Shown here one piece after another: positions 1-10,466 of a stretch of DNA of 64,000 nt (positions are counted from its first letter, which is position 1; each line of letters begins with the position of its first letter). Made by a program: the position numbers and the translations under genes. The notes beneath the pieces are model-generated. The model saw only the letters and a list, made by a program, of their open reading frames with translations, was not told the DNA's origin and did no database searches. Source of the stretch: Octopus vulgaris (lineage: Eukaryota); contig OX597818.1 of the NCBI GenBank assembly GCA_951406725.2, positions 141,236,001 to 141,300,000 on the forward strand, read 5' to 3'.

Positions 1-220
1 AAAGACGAAGACAGGTGGTGTACAAAGCAAACAGATGTATTAGTATAACGCTCAGGAATAGGAAAAGTTTTCTACGCTTCGAGCCTACGCTTTTCTACAG
101 AAAGACACACAGAAAAAAATGTGTGTAGTGGCTAACGATCTATATATACAAAGACATTTTTCAGAACGAGATAAAAAAAAACCAAGGCTGTGAAGATTTT
201 AGAACATTTATAATTAGAAG

Positions 221-268
221 GCCTTACAGCTGTTTCCAGGATATCTATTATATCCCTTCATCGGAGAC
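221..268 (-). ncRNA. Minimal hammerhead ribozyme-like motif (one core substitution)
   Basis: Reverse complement: gtct-CCGATGA-agggatat-aatag-atatcct-g-GAAA-cagctg-TA-aggc. Stem I is gtct/aggc, helix II is present, and helix III is the palindrome ACAGCTGT. U4 is replaced by C. Confidence 0.6.
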
Positions 269-486
269 GCTGTGAGAAAATTGTTAAGTAATAGTTAATT
301 TAGATAAGATACGAAATAGAGAGTGAAATGGAGGAATGAAAATATATGTGAGATATGCAGGGATATTGCATTTGTAGATCCATTATTTAGGCAGAATGGT
401 ATACATATAAGATTCCAATACTTTGTGAGTAAATTGTTCATTCCAAGTATAAAGTTTGTACACAGTGCTATTGAATCAAGGGTTTT

Positions 487-880
487 ATTTATTCCTTCCT
501 ACAATTCGACATAAATAATTACTACTCTTCTAATTTTCCTAAACTTCTTAATCAAGCTCTTCTTCTAGCTAGGGACCTTACTAACCTCAGCCCACTAGAA
601 ATTAACATAAAACGTAATGCCCGTAAATCTCTTATTTCTTTTGAAAGCAAACTCTGGTGTCAGGCCAATAACCGCAGCAATAATCATAGCAACCTATTTG
701 ACATAACCATGGGATCATCTTATTCAGCTCAGGTCACTGACTTACTTGGACTATATGTACTACATCACCTCCATATACTTTTTCCTGGGGAGGCCTATAC
801 AGGGACGATGCTTTTTTAGTTACCAAAAGCATAAATAAATCCTCCTTAAGAACTTCAAAGGATCTACACAATATACTTTA
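487..880 (+). pseudogene. Old Penelope-like RT fragment from a different clade than the 1025-7105 element (Naiad-like motifs)
   Basis: Manual translation from 496 gives FLQFDINNYYS...LLNQAL...ARKSLISF..KLW...LFDITMGSSYSAQVTDLLGLYVL, then a 1-nt frameshift near 790 and GLYRDDAFLV. FD-x-TMGS and GLYRDD are RT motif B/C variants I associate with the Naiad group. A minus-strand hammerhead motif lies just upstream at 221-268. Confidence 0.8.
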
Positions 881-991
881 AGGTGATTTACTAGCCCCAT
901 ACATTTCGATACATATATGTGTGTGTGTGTGCGTGTGTGTATGTATGTATGCATATATATGTATGTAGATATATATATATATACACATATA

Positions 992-1024
<33 letters not shown>

Positions 1025-1027
<3 letters not shown>

Positions 1028-2400
1028 TCAATAAATGGTGGGGTTGTGTTGACCGCACGTGGAGAAATGATAAGTAAGGAAAAATTTTTTTTAAAAATGC
1101 AGAATGCTCAAATGAAAGAAAAATTTTTATAAAATGAGAAAATGATAAAATATATAAATGTATATTTATTCAACCGGTTTTCGTCATTGTATGACTTGTC
1201 AAGAATATTTATGTTTTAAGAAGTTTTTTTAAAATTAGAAAGGGGAAAAAAAGAAAATTGCATTGTTTTTTGTAAAAGAATAATGATAAAAATGTACAAA
1301 AATTAAAAAATAAGTTCTCCGATACATTGTGAGTTCGTTGTGTATCTTGCGTTTTATGGTTGTTTACGAAAAAATTACCTTGAGGTGTTAAGATCCAAAG
1401 GGATTAAGAGCATGTGTTGTGTTGTGTTGTTAAATTCAGCATGTTTGCAGGACAGGAAGTAGTAGTAATTGTGGTCCTGGTTCTTCAGTTCCTGTGTTGT
1501 GAGTAAGGGGAGACAACTCTTTTGAGTTCTTCAATAAAACCCAAATTATAAAACTATCATTTTAGCTTCATTTGCATTATCTTTTTTATATAATTGCTTG
1601 TTAACTTAACTTTCAGATTTTAACACTTTATTTATATTATTTTCTAATAATATAAATCTGCATAGACAATTGCATTTCAAATTGTCATATCATTTATAAT
1701 AAAAATGATAGTAATAACAACAATAGTAAAAATGATATTTAAAGAATATAAGTTTTAGCTTGAAGTGATGAATGCATGGTATCTTTATATATTTGTGTTA
1801 GTCCATCCATGAAAAGTGAGGTAGAGAAAGGAAGTTTGATCAACGAGGAGTTTGCATATTAAGTTGTGTTTGGAATTTTTCAATAAAGAGATTCTCCTTG
1901 TTAATTCTCTCCTGTGTGGTGATCCCGTCTTTACATTGGTAGAAGGGGAATATATAGAATTTGGGGTTTAAGTCTTTAGCACATGAGTCTAAGTGGTCAC
2001 TCAGTGGAATTTGTCGGTATTCCGGGAGATTTATTTGTTCTTTATGCACCGTTACTCGTTTACGTAACGGGAGACTCGTTTGTCCAACATAATTATGTTG
2101 GCAACCAGCGCATGTGAGAACGTAGATAAGGTTCTCGGAGGAACAGGAGAAGTTAGTCTTGATTTTAAACTTCGTACCTTGTTTGAAGGTAAATTCAGAG
2201 CCTTCAAGTAGAAAGGGGCAGGTACCACAGTTTGAGCGTGCACATTTTTTTACTGTTGGGGGTGGATGTGGTGTGTGAAGTTTGGCATTTGTCAAGAGTT
2301 TTTTTTAAGATTTGTGTTGCCTTTTGCATTTGAGGATTTTGTGTGTATTTATAATGTTTTTCATTTTTGGGTCTGTTGACAGTAGACTGAGGTTTTGTAT
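1025..2400 (-). repeat. Inverted, 5'-truncated copy of the element's 3' end (RT tail, GIY-YIG, 3' UTR, pLTR)
   Basis: ORF 1840-2295(-) is identical to ORF 5882-6337(+). In spot checks I saw only one substitution (6542) and one homopolymer indel (~6945) between the arms. Confidence 0.95.
1167..1207 (-). ncRNA. Minimal hammerhead ribozyme motif (U3-A8 variant) in the inverted pLTR
   Basis: Exact reverse complement of 6971-7011. Confidence 0.75.
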
Positions 2401-2537
2401 ACATTTATATATTTTATCATTTTCTCATTTTATAAAAATTTTTCTTTCATTTGAGCATTCTGCATTTTTAAAAAAAATTTTTCCTTACTTATCATTTCTC
2501 CACGTGCGGTCAACACAACCCCACCATTTATTGATCT
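2398..2537 (+). repeat. 5' partial pseudo-LTR of the sense unit
   Basis: 2398-2489 is identical to 7014-7105, and 2398-2537 is the reverse complement of ~1025-1164. Confidence 0.9.
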
Positions 2538-2565
2538 GTACCCTCTACCACACGTGTGATTCAGA

Positions 2566-4057
2566 ATGCCTCCGAAAAACAAGAGCACTCTTACAGAGAC
2601 AGTCACCAATAAGACCATTCTAAAAGAACTCAAAGTACTCAATACACATCTACTTACATTCTCCAAAAAAATTGACGAACTTCTCCATCAATCCCGGGAC
2701 AACTCAGAAAACAACCATCATCAACAACTTTCGGATAAAATTGATGTAAACCTAAACGAAATCAACACTACACTGAAAACTCTACTTTCGGATAAGATAG
2801 ATGTAAACCTAAATGAAATCAACACTACACTGAAAACTCTACTTACCAATTCAACGCCAAAGAGACCTCAGACACCACTCAACACACAGAAGGAACACAC
2901 TTCAACCCCAGCACAACGCATTAAAAACCAGATCATCACTACTTGGACTAAGAAACTACACAACAGAAAACTTCTCTTCTGGAACATGCTCAAAAACCAA
3001 AACAAAGCTGAAATTTACGACAAATGGTTAAACTCCTCCCCTATCATACTACCCCGTAAATTCCAAATCAAACACATCCCAGACGAACCTGAAAAACAAC
3101 GCTCCCTAAGAGAAAAACTAACATTGGAAAAAATGGAAACCGAAGTAGAACTTCTAAAACTCAGAGCACAAAACCACGAACAAAAATACACAAAAATAGA
3201 CGATGAGATACTTCTAGAACTAACCTCACACACCAACGAACAGCCCCTCGAACTTGTTATTAAACTATGGAAAGATGAATGTGAAAAGGAAGAACGAACC
3301 TCCCTTAAACGCTGGGAAAACAACAAAGATTTCTTCCTCAACTATGAAACACAATTCATATTAAACCATAAATCCAAAAACCCATTCATAAAAGTACCCA
3401 CAACACAGACTTCCACTGTACCCCATAAACACCATTCCAAACCGCACCTCAAATACACATACTCTCCAAACCCCCTCCTAACAGGACACAACCTCCCCCA
3501 ACCATATAAAAAAACCTTTTCCCCCCGAAACATCTCAAACAAGACCCACCACAAAACCTGGTTTTCCAATCACCCTAACACCCCTCCCCCACCGATTAGA
3601 ACCTTCAAGAACCTCCCATACACTAAAAATATCCCCCCTCAAGGCTCCCCTCCCTCACACTAATAACAAACAAGGCATCCTACCCACACCGATACATATA
3701 AGACCCACCCAACGAACCCCCTATAGTCCACCCATCCATCAACCACATTCCTACCACATCTCCTACAGATCTCCAAACCCTCACATCCCACACGAACCCA
3801 ATCACCACAACTACATACCCCCCTACATCCCCCCATACAATCTACCAGACACACACCCACAAACCCATCGCATTTCTCACAAATCCTTACACCATCACAT
3901 CCCATACCAACACAAATACGACAACTACCTACCCCTCTCCAACCTCCCCACCCAAAAACACTCCTACACATACAACCAGAACTTTAACAAAGAATACACC
4001 CCTTACCTCAACAACCATTTTTTAGACAGAGAGAAAAAATACAAACACCACCGCTAA
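2566..4057 (+). CDS. ORF1 of the Penelope-like element: helical/coiled-coil N-terminal part plus Pro/His/Tyr-rich tail; 365 aa as read (stop at 3663), ~497 aa if one indel in 3482-3660 is corrected
   Basis: ATG at 2566 directly follows the pLTR. Frame +1 is open to 3663 and frame +2 is open 3482-4057, ending ...YLNNHFLDREKKYKHHR*. An internal 19-aa duplication differs only at synonymous sites. Confidence 0.7.
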
Positions 4058-5872
4058 CACAGACCCAAAATAAAAAAACAAAAATTATAAACCTCTCCAG
4101 CAAAACACTGACACCAACCCAAATCAACATCCTAGCAAGAGGTTTGAAATTCACACCCACCCCAAGAACACCCAACCCCCCGGAGGTCAAGGATGACTTT
4201 TCTGAATTCTGCAGAAAACTTCGCCTAACAGAAGCTTTGACAGATATCAACAATGGGGACGACTCATTGATCAGAAATAAAAGCAACTTCCTACCACCAA
4301 AAGGGAGAAATAAAACACTGGACGATTTCTGTAAACACATCCAGAGTCTCCCCTTTACCCCAAGCAAAACCAAGGTAAAATCCAATTTCAGTAAGGAAGA
4401 ATGGGAAAACCTACGTGACATACAACTGGATAAAAACCTCACCATCAAAGAAGCGGACAAAGGGAGTGCTGTGGTCCTTATGGACACGGAATTTTATAAA
4501 CACCTAGTGTTCTCCATGCTTAACAATAACATTTTCTATGAGGTTATTAACAACTACAAACAGCAAAAAACAATCAGAAACCTCACCACACTCATACGCC
4601 AACACGGTCAGGGACTCACAGAAAAAGAAAGGGATTATATCACCATTTTCAAATGCAAGCCCAGCCTTTTTTATGGCCTTCCTAAAATCCATAAAAACAA
4701 ATACATCACCGAAGCCTGCAAACTCTCCACTGACATCCACATCAACATCAAAGCACCGGAGGTTCCTAAAACTAAGGCCCATCGTGGCCGGTACCTCCTG
4801 TGAAACACACCGCCTGAGTAACTTCCTAGACATCCTTTTGAAACCTTTCCTTACCCACATCAAAAGTTTCATTAGGGATGATCTGGACATGCTCAAACAC
4901 CTCCCGAAAACAGTTAACGAGGAGGCACTCCTGGTATCCTTTGATGTCATCAACCTCTACACCAACATTCCACATGAGTATGGTATAGAGGCAATTGACC
5001 TCTGGCTAGAAAAACACCCAGAGACATTCCCTGACCGCATTAACAAGTCTTTTATTACAGAATCTCTTAAGTTCATTCTGACAAACAATTTTTTTCTCTT
5101 CGACGACACACACTACCGTCAAAAATGTGGCATTGCGATGGGTACCAAGGCTGCACCAGTCCTTGCGAACCTCATAATGGGTTACTTCGAACTGTCACTC
5201 TATGAAATATCAAGCCAGAAATTTGGACATGTTTTCCACACCTACCTAATGGAAAACTGGAAAAGGTATTTAGATGATTGTTTCATCATATGGAAAGAAC
5301 CTTATGAAAAACTCCTGGAATTCAAAACCATACTAAACAACATACATCCCAACATCCAATTCACTATGGAATTAAGCAAACATCATCTCCCATTCCTTGA
5401 TCTCCTAATTATAAAAACACCTAAGAACCAAATCATAACAGACATCTACCACAAACCTACAGACTCACAACAATACCTCCTCTTTAGTTCATGCCACCCA
5501 AAACACACCAAGACAAATATCCCTTTCAATTTAGCTAAAAGGGTATGCACCATTGTCTCGGATCCAAAAACACGAGAAATACGCCTTCAAGACCTCAAAA
5601 AAACACTATTACAACGTCAATATCCCTCCACCCTTATAGAGTATGGAATAAAACGCGCCAAAGAACTAGACAACACTACACTGAAAACCACCCAACCTAA
5701 CACCACACACAACCTCAAAATACTTCCATACATTTCCACCCACAACCCCAAAAATATCGAAGCATACACCACAATCATACAAAACCTCAGTCTACTGTCA
5801 ACAGACCCAAAAATGAAAAACATTATAAATACACACAAAATCCTCAAATGCAAAAGGCAACACAAATCTTAA
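3988..5872 (+). pseudogene. Penelope-like reverse transcriptase (one +1 indel near 4765, in-frame TAA at 5870)
   Basis: Frame +1: KIINLSSKTLT...LARGLKFTPTP, IKEADKGSAVV, FYGLPKIHK. Frame +2: LRPIVAG, LVSFDVINLYTNIP, QKCGIAMGTKAAPVLANL, WKRYLDDCF, LPFLDLLI, YHKPT, SCHP. Confidence 0.93.
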
Positions 5873-6337
5873 AAAAAACTCTTGACAAATGCCAAACTTC
5901 ACACACCACATCCACCCCCAACAGTAAAAAAATGTGCACGCTCAAACTGTGGTACCTGCCCCTTTCTACTTGAAGGCTCTGAATTTACCTTCAAACAAGG
6001 TACGAAGTTTAAAATCAAGACTAACTTCTCCTGTTCCTCCGAGAACCTTATCTACGTTCTCACATGCGCTGGTTGCCAACATAATTATGTTGGACAAACG
6101 AGTCTCCCGTTACGTAAACGAGTAACGGTGCATAAAGAACAAATAAATCTCCCGGAATACCGACAAATTCCACTGAGTGACCACTTAGACTCATGTGCTA
6201 AAGACTTAAACCCCAAATTCTATATATTCCCCTTCTACCAATGTAAAGACGGGATCACCACACAGGAGAGAATTAACAAGGAGAATCTCTTTATTGAAAA
6301 ATTCCAAACACAACTTAATATGCAAACTCCTCGTTGA
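5873..6337 (+). CDS. Cys-rich linker plus GIY-YIG endonuclease, in frame with RT after the TAA at 5870
   Basis: C-X4-C-X2-C linker (CARSNCGTC), then LIYVLTCAGCQHNYVGQT...RKR..VH...DH (CCHH-type) and C-terminal R..KE..FI.....LN. Confidence 0.92.
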   Translation, partial: KKLLTNAKLHTPHPPPTVKKCARSNCGTCPFLLEGSEFTFKQGTKFKIKTNFSCSSENLIYVLTCAGCQHNYVGQTSLPLRKRVTVHKEQINLPEYRQIPLSDHLDSCAKDLNPKFYIFPFYQCKDGITTQERINKENLFIEKFQTQLNMQTPR

Positions 6338-6970
6338 TCAAACTTCCTTTCTCTACCTCACTTTTCATGGATGGACTAACACAAATATATAAAGATACCA
6401 TGCATTCATCACTTCAAGCTAAAACTTATATTCTTTAAATATCATTTTTACTATTGTTGTTATTACTATCATTTTTATTATAAATGATATGACAATTTGA
6501 AATGCAATTGTCTATGCAGATTTATATTATTAGAAAATAATGTAAATAAAGTGTTAAAATCTGAAAGTTAAGTTAACAAGCAATTATATAAAAAAGATAA
6601 TGCAAATGAAGCTAAAATGATAGTTTTATAATTTGGGTTTTATTGAAGAACTCAAAAGAGTTGTCTCCCCTTACTCACAACACAGGAACTGAAGAACCAG
6701 GACCACAATTACTACTACTTCCTGTCCTGCAAACATGCTGAATTTAACAACACAACACAACACATGCTCTTAATCCCTTTGGATCTTAACACCTCAAGGT
6801 AATTTTTTCGTAAACAACCATAAAACGCAAGATACACAACGAACTCACAATGTATCGGAGAACTTATTTTTTAATTTTTGTACATTTTTATCATTATTCT
6901 TTTACAAAAAACAATGCAATTTTCTTTTTTTCCCCTTTCTAATTTTTAAAAAAACTTCTTAAAACATAAA

Positions 6971-7011
6971 TATTCTTGACAAGTCATACAATGACGAAAA
7001 CCGGTTGAATA
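6971..7011 (+). ncRNA. Minimal hammerhead ribozyme motif (U3-A8 variant) in the 3' pLTR
   Basis: tattc-TTGACAA-gtca-tacaa-tgac-GAAA-accgg-TT-gaata. Stem I is tattc/gaata, helix II is gtca/tgac, and helix III is the palindrome AACCGGTT. Predicted cut after 7006. Confidence 0.75.
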
Positions 7012-7101
7012 AATATACATTTATATATTTTATCATTTTCTCATTTTATAAAAATTTTTCTTTCATTTGAGCATTCTGCATTTTTAAAAAAAATTTTTCC
7101 T

Positions 7102-7150
<49 letters not shown>

Positions 7151-7183
7151 TATATACATACATACACACACACAAATACATAC

Positions 7184-7255
<72 letters not shown>

Positions 7256-8677
7256 AATATATATATGCTTCTGTGTGCGTTTATAATTTATATATAAATC
7301 CTTAAATCCTTAAAAATGTTTAAGCTCGAAGGCCGCGGCCATCCAGGGGCACCACTCTATTTTTTCATATTTCTATAATCATGCTGGGGCCATATTTTCG
7401 CATGTATCTATGCGGCCATGTATCCTAGAAGAAATTGGCCCATGTATTCATATTAATTCTTATGGTTAGTTTAGAAGACATTTATTCTACCGAAATACAG
7501 AGTAACGAGGACGAAAACAAACTGACACCATATATCCGACTGTTGTGGGACAAGCACAGACACATTAATCCGTGCGTGTATGGGTGTGTGTGCTTATTTT
7601 GCGTGTGTGTATACGTATGAACAAGTCTGTATATATATGTGTGTGTGTGTTTGTATAGGACTGTGTATAATATTTATATGCCTATGTTCTGAATATTTTT
7701 GGAATAGAATATCCGGCAACAAACATTAGTAATTCCAATAAAAGTATATAGTAACCTAATTATATAGTCGAGGAAATGAAATATTCATTAGAAAGGAATC
7801 ACGTCGAAAAGACATCAAAGAATACAGCCAAAGGAAAAGAAGGGGAGAGAGGGAGAGATGGGTAGAGAGAAACGAAGGTGGAGTGAATGCTTGAAAGAGT
7901 TATAGACTTGAGGGAGGGACAGGGATTGGGCGAGAGAGTGATTGTCCAAGAGAGGTAAAAATATTTTTGGCATATGTTTTTTTTTAATGAAATGGCGTCC
8001 ATCCAGTGTAAACTTGAAGCAAAATTTGAGTGCATTACGTGTAAGAACACGTAGGTCAGACAATAGATCGCCCTTCTTATCGAATATTCATAAATGAGTG
8101 TGCAACCCTCTACATCAAACGTTCTTATTGATGCGTAACAAGTGGTATCGAAGTGCGATGGGCTAGTTTGAAAATGAAATTTATGCTCTTATAAAATATG
8201 GTGTAATTAATGAATAAGATTCACTAAAATTTTGGTATCTTGGTATTCATGTTGATAGAAGAAACAAATTAAATAATAGTTTTCACGTCTCTTTTTCGTT
8301 TTTCTTTTTTTCTCTTTATTTCTAAATTTCTAACCTTGAAGCGAGTTATCTTTTGCTATTGCACCGGTATCTTTTTTTTTATTTGATATTTAGTGCACTA
8401 CAGATTACACACACACACATACACACACATACACACACACACAAACACAAACACACACACGCACGCACGCAAGCGGGCATACACTCACACTCACATTTAC
8501 ACGCACATTCACACACACACACACATACCCAAACACATGCACAGACACAGAGACACACACAAACACACATATATGAGAACTGTTTTTCTGCACAGCACAC
8601 GAATTTCACCAAGGGAAGGTTCTACCAATGAGAATCCCTTCATACATATATCTGGATAGATAGATCGATAGATAGAT

Positions 8678-8794
<117 letters not shown>

Positions 8795-8798
8795 ATAA

Positions 8799-8839
<41 letters not shown>

Positions 8840-8954
8840 CTAATTGATTGATTGATAATTCTGAGTGTTTGTGTGTGTGTGTGTGCGCGCACGCGTATAT
8901 GTGTTTAAAATCTTAATTATCTTTATTTGAAAATACCACAGGTCCACTCGACTA

Positions 8955-9116
8955 GGCGTAGGAGTGGCTGTGTATTAACTAGCTTGCTTACCAACCACAT
9001 CGTTCTGGGTTCAGTCTAACTGCGTGACACCTTGGGCAAGTGTCTTCTAGTATAGCCTCGGGCCAACCAAAGCCTTGTGACTGGATTTGGTAAACGGAAA
9101 TTGAAAGGAACCCTTC

Positions 9117-9192
<76 letters not shown>

Positions 9193-9410
9193 GTATGTTT
9201 GTGTGTCTGTGTTTGTCCTTCCAACATCACTTGACAACCGATGCTGGTATGTTTACGTCCCCGTAACTTAGCGGTTCGGCAAAAGAGACCGATAGTATAA
9301 GTACTAGGCTCACAAAAAATAAGTCCTGGGGTCGATTTGCTCGACGAAAGGCGGTGTTCCAGCATGGCCACAGTTCAAATGACTGAAACAAGTAAAAGAG
9401 TAAAAAAGTA
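8955..9410 (+). mobile_element. tRNA-derived SINE with internal (TA)n(TG)n tract (family S1)
   Basis: Head with A/B-box-like ggagtggctgtgt...gggttcagtc, body gtaacttagcggttcggcaaa...ggggtcgat, and a (gtaaaaga)-type tail. Homologous to 27943-28302. Confidence 0.85.
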
Positions 9411-10312
9411 GAAATGTGTGCCTGAACGGAATTGCACAAAAAGTTTTCTGTCCTGGAACTGATACCAGTGCAAAGAAGTCGCTTATTGAGATGCTCTCCC
9501 CGATAGTTGCTTAACCAAACTGAACAGAATTTGCAATATTTTCAAAGTAGACAGTTAAATGACACTTTAAACAAAGACTTTTTTTTTATTAAAGCAAAGC
9601 ATGATTGTCCATAATTCTCATTTATTGTCATTGTTTATTAAGAAAGCTTCATTAATAATTAAAAATTCAATATACTTAATAAAGTAAAATCACTAAAACA
9701 AAGAAATGCGCATACGAAAAAAACACAGTAAACTAAACAAACACACAGATACTCAAACTCAATACGGAAACAGAAACGCGTAAGCTATCACAGCCAAACA
9801 TACAAACACACATGCATACGTGTATATATATACGGACATACACGGCCATACACTCACAAAATCAAATAATCAAATTAATCAATATCAAGAAAAGAACAAT
9901 ATTAAAATGAATTCAGACATAGTTAACCATTGAATTAATATTATTTCATGTCTCTATGAATTCATTATTAACTGGACTATGTGATTTGCTTACAATCTGG
10001 TGTTGAGATAAAATCAAAACGTTGTTATCGTTAGCATAATTTCACAAGTACTTCATAATTAACGCTATTAAAAATGCATAATTTCCCCATTAACCTCTAG
10101 GAACGTTGAAAGCAACTTGCACGTATTAATTTGGTAAAATTGTGGTAAAAGACAATATCCAACGAATAATTAAAATTAATCTGTTTTCAATTATAATTAA
10201 TAAACACATACAAAAATGTGTGTGTTTGGGAGTGTGGGTGTGTGTGTGTAAACATATACATGAACGAAATTATGCACATAACCGTTTATATAGACACACT
10301 TTATACATAGAC

Positions 10313-10361
<49 letters not shown>

Positions 10362-10387
10362 TCTCTCTATATATATATATATACACA

Positions 10388-10466
<79 letters not shown>

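Larger units (their letters stand above)
1025..7105 (+). mobile_element. Penelope-like retroelement (EN+, Neptune-like), near full length, with an inverted 5' copy of its 3' end, inserted in (TA)n
   Basis: Contains RT and GIY-YIG domains. 1025-2400 is the reverse complement of 5777-7105 plus 48 extra nt matching 2490-2537. Direct pseudo-LTR 2398-2489 equals 7014-7105. (TA)n lies on both sides. Confidence 0.95.

Noticed and set aside
3015-5865. Minus-strand ORFs overlapping the PLE (3015-3341, 3660-3971, 4008-4487, 4504-4953, 5617-5865)
   Set aside because: Antisense shadows caused by the strong A/C strand bias of the element; no motifs.
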